From Mytilus californianus (taxonomy: Eukaryota): DNA of 64,000 nt. Positions 36,086-50,864 of the stretch are shown here, piece after piece (position 1 is the first letter of the stretch; each line of letters begins with the position of its first letter). A model generated the notes under the pieces. That model searched no databases. It saw only the letters and a program-made list of their open reading frames with translations, and was not told the origin of the DNA. The position numbers were made by a program, and so were the translations under genes. The DNA lies in the NCBI RefSeq assembly GCF_021869535.1, contig NW_026262709.1, forward strand, positions 62,001-126,000, in the 5' to 3' direction.

Positions 36086-39000
36086 AATAATCTGATAGAA
36101 CATCACACAGTAATATCAAAATATTGAGCATGAGCCTAATACTCACCTGTACCTTGATATACTTATATGGAATTGGAATATATTTGAAATCTTTCAAAAT
36201 GGTTTTGCATTTGCAAGAAGGTAGAATTGCAACGGATGCAATTTACTCACTTATGTATTTGATCATCTGACAAATCGATAACCAGTGAATCTAACTTTCT
36301 TTTCAGAATTGTAAAGAATATTTTTATCATGTATGTAGTAATATATTTTGTCAACCTAAGAGTCTTATCCGTGACACCATGTATCAGAACATGCATGTAC
36401 TTATATGCGTAAAACTGCATTATTTTATAAAAACTATGCCACTTTGAAACACTGGTACCGGAGTAAACACACATACACATGCTTCGTGTGAAGTTAAATG
36501 TAACCTTAAATTGTTTGGAAATGATATAGATTTTGCATTTAGTACGGAAATGCCACGGCCACGCAAAATAACGGAATCGTTTGCAACTTCTTTGTTTTGT
36601 AATTTGCTTCGTTTTGCTATTTCATTTGGGTGTAAAATCGTTATAGAAGCACATTTTGTATGAAGTAGCGCTTCAATCTATAAATATGAGCACGATCAAC
36701 CCTATAAAATAAAATTAAAAAGGATTCAATTCTAATAGTCTTATTTGTATGCTACAACCATGAAATACGAGTTATAGCAAATGTTTCGTTTGTTTTTCTG
36801 TGCATTGTAGTGATGTTGATACGAGAAGCACGTGCTGTCATGAAGTTGAATTTTATTGAGAAATAAAATTTGATTGAAATCCTTTGCGATTGCTTTCAGC
36901 CAATTTTTGCGGCTTTTTATGAAACATAGTTGTAACGTAATTATTTAAATTTAAAGATTTGGTATTCATTGTTCATTCTAAACGTAAACAAGTAATATGA
37001 CGTAATATTAATGTCTGAACAAATATAATGTAATGAAAATGTTATATTGGTATTGCTATTAAATTGTTTGATAAAATACACGTTAGATTTTAAGATAAGT
37101 GGTACTTTGTCTTAGGCACATCCATTTTATTTCAAAACTTTAACATCATAAATCATGGACTTCATTCAAGCAGACAAAAGTTCATTAATTATGAGTATCT
37201 GAAATAAATAGTACTTTTTAGCCGCTCTTGGTGTTTGGTATTCTTACATACATTTTGTACCGGATAAGCAAAACAATTAGTATACTTAAAAGTTTAACCC
37301 CGAAACATTCTCTTCATGTGCCTGTCCCATGTCAGGAACCTGTAATATATTGGTTATCGGTTGTTGCTATATAGGAAATTTGTATTTCGTTTATTGTTTT
37401 GTACATGTTCCGGCTATGTGTTTGGAAATCTGATGTTTTGTATTTTTGTGATTTTGTTTATTACTGTCTTGTTGAGCTCGCATCACTTTTTATTCAAATA
37501 CTTACATTTGAACACATAAAACCATAAACATGTAGATTTAACCCCACACTTCGTTATGTGCCTGTCCTCAGGTTATGGACCTTGTCAGCAGTCGTCTGTT
37601 ATTATATCCTGTGATATTCACTATGTTTGAATTTGGTGGTACAATGTACATGTTGGGGTGTACAACATGTAGATGTCCAAGCGTATGAGCGTTTGTCTTT
37701 CCCGATCTACTTATGTGTCGTTAATGAAACTAAAACAATGACTACATTGTAAAGACTACGTGAAACATGTGAGGAGTGTGTTTTATGTTTCTTCTTTTTT
37801 CATTGAGCGTCAAATCCGACTTACACCTGTACATGTAGCTATAAATACATTAGCTACATGTAGCTTACCATAGTTGCAAGCACATTTTGGTCCTGCATGA
37901 TTTCCAAATTATCTGCTGTTTTTTTTAATTATTTTTGATGTTAAGTTAGTGGTACTCTAATGTTATAGTGGTACCCGATTGGTAGCTGCATTGTGTGAGT
38001 TTTTTATTTCGTGTTTTCATTTTACGACCTATGATCTGAATAGCAAATAGGAAGCTTTGTTTGCACTGAAAACTGGTTTAAACCCAAAGCAATTTGTGTC
38101 TGGATACAAGTCAAAATATCCTGAACATGTGTTGTTCGTTGTTTTATGTCTTTGTTTGGATGTCCTTTTTTTCGGAGGGGTCGGTCGCTAGTGGTTAATG
38201 TGGTCTGTTGCACAGTTCAATACTTTGATGATTCCTGTTATCCTTTTGGTTTATTATTCTAAACATTTATTTTGTATTTACATTGTGTCATAGGTCAAAT
38301 TTATTTGTTCAGTGTATGTTCACTGGTGTTAATATGTCCTTTGATTGAGTTAAGCTATTTCAGTTGATATTTTATAGTGTGTCTTTCTATGTTGTGATGT
38401 TACACTATTGTTTCAGAAAAAGGGTGAAGGTTTGGTACCATTAAAACGTTTAAACCCGCTGCATTTGTTTGCACCTGTCCTAAGTCAGGAATCTGATGTT
38501 CAGTAGTTGTCGTTTGTTGATGTGGTTCATAAGTGTTTCTCGTTTCTCGTTTTTTATATAGATTAAACCGTTGGTTTTCCCGTTTGAATGGTTGTACACT
38601 AGTAATTTTTTGGGGCCCTTTATAGCTTACTGTTCGGTATGAGCCAAGGCTCCGTGTTGAAGACCGTACTGTGACCTATAATGGTTTACTTTTATAAATT
38701 TTGACTTGGCTGGAGAGTTGTCTCATTGGCACTCATACCACATCTTCTTATATCTATGATTATCAAAATAAATCAAAAACAAAACGAATATGTTTTTTTT
38801 CTATATACATTTGTAGTACAAAGCCATAAAATAAACGATGCAAAACTGTAAAATATAATTATATATAGAAATCGTAAAAAATGCAAATATATGTCGATAA
38901 ATCATGCGTTACATTTATGAAGAATTTGGTATAATGTGATAGACATCTTATAGATTGACACTGAAGAAAAACTTTGTTCGTTTAACATGTTCAAAAAACA

Positions 39001-39244
39001 TTAGTTTGAAAGTGACATAATAAGTGTAACCATAGTTAACTTTAACTAATTGAAGTACTACAAAATGCAAAATGGAAGGAACAAATACATGCATGTTACT
39101 TTAAATAAACTTATTCTAAAAGGTTACCAATTCAACACAGTGACTGTAATTAGTTCTTTGAATATTGTTTTTATTTGTATAAATATTGATTTTTTGTTAT
39201 CAGTAAATTAAAATCAAACTAAATATAATTTGTATATACAATAT

Positions 39245-40790
39245 GTACATTCATGCTCTGCAATCTGTCGATACCTGTATCTTGGCATTGCCCAAGGTCA
39301 TAAAATTGAGAATGGAAATGGGGAATGTGTCAAAGAGACAACAACCCGACCAAAGGGCAGAAATCAGCCGACGGTCACCAATGGGTCTTCAACACAGCGA
39401 GAAAATCCCGCACCCGGCGGCGGGCTTCAGCTGGCCCCTTAACAAAAGGTGTACTAGTTCATTGAAAATGGACGCCACACTAAACTCCAAAACATATAAA
39501 TGAACTAAAATTAAAAAACATACAAGACTAACAAAGGCCAGTGGCTTCTGACTTAGGACAGGCGCAATAATGCGGCGGGGTTAAACATGTTTTTTGAGAT
39601 CTCAACCCTCCCCCTACACCTCTAGCCAATGTAGAATAAACAAACATACAGCAATACGCACAGTTAAACTCAGTTCAAAAGAAGTTCGAGTTCGATGTCA
39701 TAATAGGTAACAAAAAGCAAAATGACAATGATACATAAATTAACGAAGGACTACTAGCAGTTACTGACATGCCAGCTCCAAACCTCAATTAAACTGATTA
39801 AAGATTATGTCTTCATCATACGAAAATCGAATACAATCACTCTCGTTAGGGCTTAAGTATCATACCATCATAAAATATATGAGAAGAACATAACCCGTAT
39901 CATGCCAACAACTGATTTTAGAATGCATGTGTTAATTTACGATGCAGAGACCCTATGAGTGAATCAGTATTAATACCAAAATATTCCATCTTTAATGACC
40001 TGACGACAGTATCCTAACTATATCCCTTCTGAATAAGTCTGTTCAAAGGTTTGGTTAGCTTTTGAGGTGAATGCCGACATTTTTGTGCTTTGTAAAGAAT
40101 ATTACCATACAAGATAGGATGTGAAATACCTGAAAGTATAAGATGTCTGCATGTTGATTTATATAAATTACGAATGATGTCCTTGTACCCATGATAAAAT
40201 TAAGTAAATATTTTGACTAGTTTGTGATATCGAAAACCCTGGTGTAAAAAAAAATTTAATCAGTAATACAGAGATTTCTTTCGTCAAAATCAAATACGTT
40301 GTTACATATACGAGCGAATCGAACAAGTTGAGATATATAAACACCATAAGATAGTGACAAGGGAAAGTCACCATCTAAAAATGGATGATTAACAATAGGA
40401 AATGAAAATCCTCTCTTTTATCAGAAATTTTGATATTAAGCTTCCCGTTAAAGATATAGATATCAAGATCCAGGAAAGGGCAGTGTTCATTGTTAGTATT
40501 AGCTTTATTTAAAGTCAGTTCAGCAGGATAAATCTCTTTAGTGTACATACTGAAGTCGTCATTATTGAGAGCCAATATATAATCCAAATATCTTAAAGTG
40601 TTATTAAATTTTTGTTTCAGATGTTGTCTCGATGGGTCTTTGCTGAATTTAGTAATAAATTGTAACTCATAACAATACAGAAACAGGTCCACAATAAGTG
40701 GTGCACAGTTAGTCCCCATTGGAATTGCGATAACTTGACAATATATGGAATCTCAATAGCGAACAAAAATGTTATCTAATACAAATTCAA
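39245..40790 (-). mobile_element. Second family of Naiad-like PLE: decayed RT C-half plus long 3' region (includes repeat C/B segments)
   Basis: ORF 40375-40719: GTNCAPLIVDLFLYCYE...RYLDYILALN...IYPAEL.LNK.N......FLDLDI.I.NG.L..KI.DKR.DF, corresponding to RT motifs 4-7. Confidence 0.8.
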
Positions 40791-42728
40791 GAGCACTTAT
40801 AGTATCATAGCAGGTCCAATTGACATAGTTCTTTTGTTTGTTGTTACTCCATGTTTTTTTTTCTGATGACGTTTTTACACTAAATCCGTTGGATGTTTGA
40901 TGCAATGTGTACTGATTGATATTTTAGTCTTAGATGAATGAATTTTCTAGTAGTTGTTACTGGCTTTGAAGCTGTCAGTAACTGTGTGTACTCTCAGATA
41001 TGTACCTAGTGTCTTTTTTGTTGTGGGGATGTATGAATATCTTGTCACGTCCTGTCTGTGTATATATGTTTATATGTTTTTCTGCTTTGTAATGATCTGA
41101 TGAATTAAGCCCATTTCAAATGATTTTTATAATTTGTTCTTGTGTTGTACTGTTATACCACTATAGAAGCATCAGTAGCATCAGCAATATTTTGTCAACT
41201 TGTAATATTGATTCACTCCCTAACGTTACTCGTCATTGTGTACGTTAATTATGAGGAAGTAGCTATAATAGATATTTATTAATCAATTAATGAATATTAT
41301 GTTTTATTTACTGAATGACACACTGACAACTACAAAATCCTAAGTGGTGAAGTTCAGTACACTCAGGTGCTGAATGGGAAACTTACGGTTAACTTACTAA
41401 TATTAATCTGTTTTAAGATAGTTGTCAGATATTACATTATTTTTGTATACATCTTCCTATACCTATTTACTGCAGGGTTTGTTGCTCGTGCTGTTTGGAT
41501 GCAGTAGAATGTGTCCCCGTGCTTGTGGTGTAAGCCCTTATATTTTTCAATTATGGGTTGTTTGCCTGTGAGAGAGCTTTCACATGTTTATTTTATCTTT
41601 GTATTAAATCTTAATTGTTGTAACTTGGATGGAGAGTTGTCTCATTGGCACTCATACCACATCTTCCTATATCTACATGTAATTTTGAAATGGCCTAATG
41701 TAGTTATTCAGTTTACGGGTTTTAAAACTTGACAACAAGTATATTCTTCCTTTATTCTATTTTTGCATCTTATACAATATTGATTATGTGAACGTCATGC
41801 TAATAAAAGTTTGTTGCCAGAGAATTATAGTTTTTTGATTTGTTTGACTACCGTAGTTAGTGTCTAATAAACTAGTATAATTATGTGTAGAACCAGGACC
41901 GGTTCCTGCTAGATGTAACCGACTTTAAATGTCAGAAATAAATATTAGAAGGATGGTCTGAAAATAGTTTGCGAGATAATCTTATATAGACAATATCTTG
42001 GTTCTGGGTCAAGCAAGTTTCTGAATAGGTGTTCTCCGATTCAGATACAAGAATCGCATCTCAACGTTAGGGTTTTGAACCTCAGGATTGTTGCAACGAT
42101 TCTCTTTGTCATGTTTCTTGAAAGGGAGAAAAAATGATTTTTACATGCTTCTTTACAACGTGTGCTATAAATTTGTCAAGAAAGGGAAAATAAATCAGAC
42201 TATTTAAAGTACAACTTGTCGCCCCTGTAATGGATGCGCCCATGATATTTTTATAAGAGTTAGTTTTTGAGGCATTTATACTGTTGAGAGGGGCAGAGGC
42301 ACTATGTATGTGTTAGATAACATTGTGTGCAGTTAAGGCAGTGCGTGTTAAAACAATATAGTACAAAAAACAACATAATTTACGATTTTCAATGATATTC
42401 CCAATCGCTACGATGTCAATGTTACATGTACACAATCATGACTATTGAAAGTATTTTTGTTTTTCACGCTTGACTTTTGTGACGACTTGATATGAATTAT
42501 ATATAGTATACATAACTAGCCATATCTACGACTTAACTCCTGTGTCATACATAGATGAACAATATATAGCTTCAAATACATGTAGCAGCAACTGTTTACA
42601 TGTACATGTAGTTTCAAGTGTGTGCAACTATTTTGTTTCACAAAATATAAAAGTAAGCAGACTAATATAGCAACTTTTCCTAGAATTTACAAATATTTTT
42701 AAAAGAATATACAAAATTACATATAGGT

Positions 42729-43493
42729 ATGGCATCAGCAGAATTTAAAGAGCTCAAAAGCCTCATAATGGGAGTTGATAAAAAAGTAAGTGACTTTTCA
42801 CAGCAACTTGAAAAAGTTGAACATAACTTAACAGGTATGATCAATGAAGTGAAAACTGACGTCAATATATTGAAAACAAAATATGATGAATCTCAATTAG
42901 AAATAACTAGTTTAAGACAAGACTTCACAGAGTTGGAACAGGGTGTTGCAGGTATGGATTTGCAAATACAAGCAATTGAAGGTGAAAAATTACAAAAACA
43001 AAAATATGAGCTTCAAACCCAGATGAATGAAATGAAGGATCAGGTAACATTGCTTGAAAAGCACGAAAGGAAATATAATATTATGATTTATGGGGTTGAT
43101 GACAGTAATGCAGATGAGAACATCTATTCAGTTACTCGTCAGTTGTTTAGTCAAAATCTAAAAATTGAACAGAGAAAAGCAAATGCCATTCCGATTGCTA
43201 ATGCTCATCGTGTACCAACAAGGGGTAGTGGACCCAAACCAATTATCGTTCAATTTATACACTATGGAGACAAACAACTCATTATGTCCAGTGCTCACAA
43301 TCTGAAAGGTAGTCAATTTCGGATTCTAGATGATCTACCGGTATCCATGAAAGAGGAAAGATTCCTTCTGTCTCACGTAGCCTACAAAATACGCAAAAAA
43401 GAAAAATTGCAAACACGTATTCGAGATGTTGGGGCACATATGACACTTGAAACCCGTAAAAATAGAGGGGACCCATGGAGCGCAAGAGAATGA
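42729..43493 (+). CDS. LINE ORF1 protein (coiled coil plus RRM-like plus CTD; L1/Tx1-type)
   Basis: 254 aa, intact. Heptad-rich N-half, then NIMIYGV..., AHRVP...PKPIIVQF...DK..IM..A..LKGS...I.DDLP...EER. Confidence 0.85.
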   Translation: MASAEFKELKSLIMGVDKKVSDFSQQLEKVEHNLTGMINEVKTDVNILKTKYDESQLEITSLRQDFTELEQGVAGMDLQIQAIEGEKLQKQKYELQTQMNEMKDQVTLLEKHERKYNIMIYGVDDSNADENIYSVTRQLFSQNLKIEQRKANAIPIANAHRVPTRGSGPKPIIVQFIHYGDKQLIMSSAHNLKGSQFRILDDLPVSMKEERFLLSHVAYKIRKKEKLQTRIRDVGAHMTLETRKNRGDPWSARE

Positions 43494-45556
43494 TGAGCGA
43501 TACATATACATAACAATATACATGTATATATATATACAAAATTGTACTTATACAACAATTAGCCATATTTATATATATAGGTTGTTGTGACCTATTTGTA
43601 AGAAACTACAGAACTTTATATGCAGATGTAGATATCTATTTTATACATATAAGATAATTCTTTAATAACCAACTATAGACTTACTCTAATAAAAAAAAAT
43701 TAAAGTAAGTTAGCTAAATGTATACTAAACAGAATTGATCAATTTTCTTTTTTCTCTTTTGTTTAAATACATGTACATGTATAACCTTTTTCTTTATCAT
43801 ATTTTCACAGATACCATTAAGTTGATACCAAATTGTAAGTATAGAACGGGGAATTTTATTCCAGGTTTATTTTCTATTTATGCAAATATTTTATTTTTGT
43901 TTTTTTGTTTTATTTTTGTTGGTTTCTTTTTTGCTTTTTATTGCTTTAATTTTGCTTGCTCTCTATGCTTTTTTGCCTGATTGTCTGCGATATATTGGCA
44001 TATACATATAAATGTAAATGCTAATTCTGCTTTATATATATATATATTCAGTTTCCAATCTGCTGTGTTGAAATTTTTGCCTTTATAATTTATTTATATG
44101 TTTATTTTCTGCTGCTTATATACTTATTTATAATTTTGCTCTTGCTAGTTATTTAGTATTATTCTGAACTGCTGTGCTTAATGCTATTGCTATATGTTTT
44201 ACTTTAACTCATCAGATACAGACTGACACAAATGAGTTGAAGTTAGAATATGTAAAGTATAGACCACTTTTAAAGTGATGTTTATTCCAAATTTCAGAAT
44301 GAGATGCTTGTTTGAAATTATCTTTTCTTGTTGTGTTTATGGTACATGTACATTAAAATGAAGTGACCATACTATAATAAGTTTTGCACAATCTCTGCTG
44401 AAACTAACTCATTAATATGATATGCATACACACACTCATGATGTGTAGTCTGTGTTCGATTGGTAGATAGTTTTGTTAGTTTTTATGATATATTGATCAT
44501 GCATTAATTTGATTTACATTGTGATGCAAAAGTATTGCTTTTTATCAAGAGTGATACTTCATTTGAAGTCGGTCAGTGTTCTTAATTTTTTGAAATTGTA
44601 TGTCTCTCAAGTACGCATTGTTCTTTTAAAGGAGAAATATTAACGTTTAGATAAATCTTATATATTTACAGCTACATCTCATAAAAAATATTGATCTTTG
44701 ATCGTATCAGAGATATAATGAGTATAAAACATCTCTGCCTTCTTAAATAGACAAAGGATCATATAAATTTGTAAATTTGACATGGGAGTTTTTAATACAT
44801 ATATACAAAGGACAAACATACAAATTCCAATATCTACATGTAGTAAATTGAACAACTCTGACAGTCTTGAAATATTGTACATAAAAGGCTTATTTATATT
44901 ATATATAGTTCATTTAACTTAAATTGTTTTTCAAAAAGAATGAACGTATTAGACAGACAAAATCTTATTATAAAAATATTGACAAATCTGACTGGATCAG
45001 ATTTGAAGGCAAAACAATGGACATTTGTATACTTGTGCTTCTTGTGTGATCTTTTCTTTTTTGCCATAACCACATAGAATGGAAAAAATGTCTTTGTGTG
45101 TTGGAAAGAATGTCAGTAAGGAAATTAAATGTATTATGAAATTATAGGAATGAAATAATCTTTCAAAATATGTACATAACATGAACTATACAGATATTCA
45201 CTGTTGGGTTTGCTCAAATTAAATTTCCATCTGAATCCAATGTATTTATTAAAATTTCTTCTGAGTTATCTCCCTTAGACCATTTGGAGTGAATATCCTA
45301 CACAACAACAGTGAATGTCTCAGAGTGCAGATTTAATATTTGATTTTAATGTTGGACTTTGTCTTGCTATTGTATTTTATGTTTACATATATATGCATTT
45401 ATTGTAAATTACAAATATGTCTTAAGGTGTCACAGATCTTGAAAAATTATACAGTTTTAAAGGAAAAGAATTCTAATAGTCCCTTGATTTCACAAATATC
45501 ATGGTATATTCATGTATACTCACTTAGAGTTATAAATATTGATAAAGCTAAACACA

Positions 45557-48500
45557 TGCATGAAGGGTGATATTCTTAAAATAATTTCTTATAATTGTCA
45601 AGGTCTTTATACAAAGGAGAAACGGAGAGATGTTTTGAATTATTTAAAGTCAAAGAATTTTAATATCTACTGTCTTCAGGACACACATTTTACAGAACAA
45701 GACGAATTAAACATTAAAAATCAGTGGAAGGGAGAATGCCTTTTCAATTCATTTACATCCAATCAGAGAGGCGTGGCCATCTTTTTTAATGAAAACTTTG
45801 ATCTTCAAATTCACAAAGTTAAAAAAGATGAGGGTGGAAACCTTCTTGGATTGGATATTACAATTGAAGAACAAAGAATTACCTTAGTTAATATTTATGG
45901 GCCAAATGTAGACACTCCTTGCTTTTATCAAAAGGTGGCAGACATCATTGAAGAATTTGATAACCAATCTTGTATTCTTTGTGGTGATTTTAACCTAATT
46001 CAAAGTTTTCATCTTGACACTCATAATTATGTTAATATCAACAACCCAAAGTCTAGAGAAAAAGTATTACAACTAATGGAAGACTTTAATCTAGTTGATC
46101 CATTTAGAGAATTATACCCCAATGTGAAAAGATTTACTTGGAGGAAAAAAAAAACCTTTAAACAAATTCGTTTAGACTTTTTTCTGATTTCTGATAATAT
46201 TTTTCACTTTGTTAGTGATGTTAAAATTGATAATAGTTATAGGTCTGATCATTCACCAGTGATCTTTTCTTTCAAGATTAATGAATTTATAAAAGGCAGA
46301 GGCCTTTGGAAGTTTAATAATTCCCTTCTTCATGATACTGACTATGTTAAAGAGATAAAAAAAACTCATAAGTACAGTAAAAGAACAATATGCCATCAAG
46401 ATATATAGAGATGAAAATTTACAGAATATTGACAACTATGAAATTGATTTTACTGTTGATGACCAGTTATTTTTCGAAACTTTACTCACAGAAATACGCG
46501 GTAAAACTATTTCATACGCCTCTTATAAAAAAAAAGGAGGGTATAAAAATTGAAAATGAGATTATTTTAAAATTAAAACAATTAGAAGAAAATGCACTAA
46601 CAGAAGAAAATCTTGAAGAGATTGATCAGAAAAAAGCAGAACTTAAAATGTATAGACAAAAGAAGGTTCAGGGACAGTATGTTAGGTCAAGAAGTCAGTG
46701 GATTAAAGAAGGAGAAAAACCTACCAATTTTTTTTTAAATCTAGAGACTAGGAATTATATTAATAAGACTATTCAAAAACTTACTTTAGAAAATGGTGTT
46801 ATAGTGGAAGAACAAAAAGAAATCTTAAATCAGACAAGGGTGTTTTATGAGAAACTTTATAAAAAACAAGATTGTTTGAAAAGGGTTGACTTAACACGGG
46901 ACAATTGTTATAATGATATACCGAAGCTTAGTGAGGATGAAATGCAGTTATTGGAGGGAAAGATTAGTTTTTCTGAATTAACTGCAGCATTAAAGAGAAT
47001 GAAAAATAACAAGAGTCCGGGATCTGATGGTTACACGGCAGAATTTTTTAAATTTGTTTGGATTGATATTGGTAAATTTGTCCTTAGATCTATAAATTTT
47101 GAATATGGGAAGGGCCAAATGTCTGTCACCCAGAGGCAGGGAGTGATTACATGTATTCCAAAAGATGGTAAACCAAAACAATTTCTTAAAAATTGGAGAC
47201 CTATTACTCTTCTAAATTCTACATATAAATTAGCATCAAGCTGTATAGCAGAGAGAATAAAATCTGTTTTGTCAAAATTAATAAGTTCTGATCAAACTAG
47301 TTTTGTTCCAGGTAGATCTATAGGCGAAAATTGTCGATTAATATATGATATTCTACATTTTACTGAAGAAAATAATATCCCAGGAATTCTCTTGCTGATT
47401 GATTTTGAGAAGGCATTCGATTCCATTTCTTGGTCCTTTCTTTATGATACATTAAGATATTTTAATTTTGGTGAATCAGTTATATCCTGGGTTAAAATCT
47501 TCTATAACAATATAACAGCTGCAGTGACACAAAACTGTTTTCTGTCAGAATTTTTCACTGTAGAGAGAGGCTGTAGACAGGGAGATCCTTTATCCCCTTA
47601 TATTTTCTTGCTATGTGCAGAAATATTAGGCATTTTGGTAAGAAATAGTAAGGAGATAAAGGGTATTACTATAGATGATACAGAATTTGTACTTTCTCAA
47701 TATGCAGATGATACATCATTGATATTAGATGGCTCGCCAGAATCGCTCGATGCATCTCTTCGTGTTCTCCAATTGTATGCTGAAATCTCGGGACTTAAGA
47801 TTAATATAGAAAAAACAAGTGTTATTTGGATAGGTAGCAAAAAACATAGCCAGGATCAAATTTGTGTAAAGTGGGGATTGAAATGGGGCTCCAGTACATT
47901 TAAGCTCCTTGGAATTACTTTTTCAGTCGACCTAGATAGAATGATTAATTTAAATTATAGGCCAGTTTTAGATAATATAGACAACACTTTGAAAAAATGG
48001 TCAAAACAGTATCTCACCCCCTTTGGAAAGATTACCATTTTAAAAACTTTGGTCATATCTAAATTAAATCATCTGTTTCTATCTATCCCTAGTCCAGATG
48101 AGAATATGTTATGTAATTTAACAAATAAAATGTATGCTTTTATCTGGGATAATAAACCTGATAAGGTCAAGCGAGATCTTTTATGTCAAGATTATTATAT
48201 GGGTGGTTTAAAAATGCTAAATTTAAAAGCATTTATACAGGGACTGAAACTAACATGGATAAGACGGCTGTATAATTCGAATTCAAAGTGGGTGAGATTA
48301 GTCTCTATTGTGGAGCAAATAAATTTTAGTGAACTAAGTTATATTGGGCCTATTAAAAGGTCATCAAATAAATTTTGGCAAGAGGTTTTTGATGCTTGGA
48401 AAACCCTTAATCAAATTAGAAAACCAAGATGTATTGATGAAATTCTATCTTATTCTTTATGGGAGGTAGAAAACATTAAAATTGGTGGTTCAAGAGTCTA

Positions 48501-49344
48501 CTATAAAAACTGGGCAAACGCTGGAATTTGGACAGTGCATGATTTGTTAGATTATCAGGGCAAAGTTATGTCATTTCAAAATTTCCAACAATTATATCAA
48601 TTTAGGCCAAATATTTTACATTATTATGGAATAGCACACTCGCTTAATGAGTGGTTAAACACGATCAATATTGAAGTAAAGGAGAAAAAAATTCAAGCAA
48701 TACTACCTTTTAACATAAGTATCTTCTTTGAATCAAAAAAAGGTTCAAAGGACATGTACAAAATATTGAATGAGAAATATATTACTTTTGCTGCAAAGGA
48801 AAAATGGGAGAACCATCTTAATATGACTGGTATTAACTGGAAAAAAATACACACTTCGTGTACAAAATATACTAGAAGCACTAAGCTTTGCTGGTTCCAA
48901 TATAGAATTATACATAGAATTTTAGGAACTAATTCACTACTTTACAAGATGAAAATAAATAGTAGCAACATATGTACATTTTGCAAAGAAGGACAAGAGA
49001 CCATAGAACATGTATTTTGGAGCTGTCCGATGGTCGCCAGTCTCTGGCATGCACTAAACATCTGGATTTTTGAAATGACAAATATTGAACTGCCTTTGAA
49101 TATAATGATTATTCTATTTGGTATCTACGAAAATGTTAAATTGAATTTTGTTAAAAATAAGATTATTTTGCTTTCAAAATACTATATTTACCGAACAAAA
49201 TTACAAGAAGTTTTGCTAAATTTAAATGCTTTAAAAAACTATTTAAAGGAACACTTGAACTTAGAAAAATACATTTCATTTAAAAACCTCTCTGTAGATG
49301 AATATAACAAATACTGGAGTCCCTGGACCCCTATTATAGAATAA
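45557..49344 (+). CDS. LINE ORF2 (APE endonuclease, RT, C-terminal Zn finger), L1/Tx1 clade; two +1 frameshifts in A-runs
   Basis: APE motifs SYNCQGL, CLQDTH, NIYGPN, GDFN, RLDFF, SDHSP; RT motifs KSPGSDG, NWRPITLLN, DFEKAFDS, GCRQGDPLSP, SQYADD, FKLLG; zf CTFC..ETIEHVFWSC. Frameshifts at A8 46357-46364 and A9 46527-46535; no stop codons once these are corrected. Confidence 0.95.
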
Positions 49345-50864
49345 ATAATAAATGTCGAATTTTGATTGAAACACCACTAATAGATATTGCAAGAACAAAT
49401 AAGATTCCAATGTTATAAGAAAATTATTTATTTTCAACCTATTGTTGCACCATCATATATTCAATTGTTGTTTAATTATTTAATACTTCCTTTGTGTGAA
49501 TATGTCATTCTGTATACCTTTTTTCATACATGTTGTGCTAGTCTATTTGTTACAATAAAGAAAATTCATTATAAAAAAAAAAGAAAGGGATTTGAATTAA
49601 ATTATACGGAAATAATAAGCGTGTAACCGCTAGACAGAAAAACAAAAATAAAAACAGAATAAACTTACATTGTACTTTTTTCTGGTTAAAGGCCTATTTC
49701 CTAAAAGAATCGTTCTTGATTTCCTATCCTCAACATGTACGAGAGAACTTTCCAGGAAACATAAATAGGAACGTGTATCATATACATATCAAAATACTGA
49801 TTCACCAAGTAAACCGGAATAAGACAGTTGTCTTCATTTGAAAATGCCTGTACCAAGTCAAGAATATGACAGTTGTTGTCCATTCGTTTGATGTGTTTTA
49901 TCATTTGATTTTGCCATTTGATTAGGGACTTTCCGTTTTGAATTTTCCTTGGAGTTCAATATTTTTGTGATTTTATTTTTTTTGTACTACACAATTCGAT
50001 TGACCCATTAATCTGAACTCATTACGTCGTTTGTGTTATTGTAGGGTCATTTTATTTTCAATATTGGTTGACTTTCTATATCAATTATATGCGAATAGGC
50101 ACTGACCTGAGCAGAAATATTCCATAACGAAGGAACAGCCACCCATGCATACAGGAATATGTACGCCTAATGATGATGATATAGACCAAATCCAGTGACA
50201 CTTTTAATCATAGTAACTAAAACAATTGTTTACACACGAAAACTTTAATCATTGAACTATCATCTGGTCAAATTCGGGTAACTTCTGTCAGCGGACATGT
50301 ACATCTTACAACGATTTTATAGAACAAATATAAAGAAAATTGACATGATCTATGCTAAAATATATAACCGAAAACATTCTTTGGTAACAGCAACCAAGGA
50401 CAATCCCTGGATAACAGTCTCTTGGCTAGGGGACAGACACATAAACATGTGACGGGGTTGAGTACGGTTGTGAGTGCTCAACCCTCCAATTTTACTGCTA
50501 CACTATGTTACAAGTATTAATAACACTTTTATTACTGTAAGTGTATAAAGTGAGCTAATTTTTCGCTGCTATAAACACATGAAACATGACAACCAAACAT
50601 TTAAGTCTGCTCAGCGTAGCAACAAGAATACATATCAATGTAACGTGCATGACTTGTCAACTTGGAACTGAGAATGTCCGTACCAGTCTTTAATAACTTT
50701 CAGGGGGATTTTAATTTGAATCCGAAATTATATAATTAAATTTATTGTTGAGTACTATTACACAGTAACTGTTCGATGCAACGCATCATATAATTCGGAA
50801 ATATTATATTTACGCAATCTCTAAACAAGTATAAGGATAAAAGTCGGATATAATTGTCTCATTA

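Larger units (their letters stand above)
42729..49582 (+). mobile_element. L1/Tx1-type non-LTR retrotransposon, antisense to the host gene; 5' boundary undefined
   Basis: ORF1, ~2.06-kb spacer, ORF2, ~230-nt 3' UTR, AATAAA at 49554-49559 and A10 at 49573-49582. No TSD found. Confidence 0.85.

Noticed and set aside
42121-42190. GAAAGGGA matches as the 5' TSD of the LINE
   Set aside because: Only 8 nt, occurs twice and is purine-rich; not distinguishable from chance.
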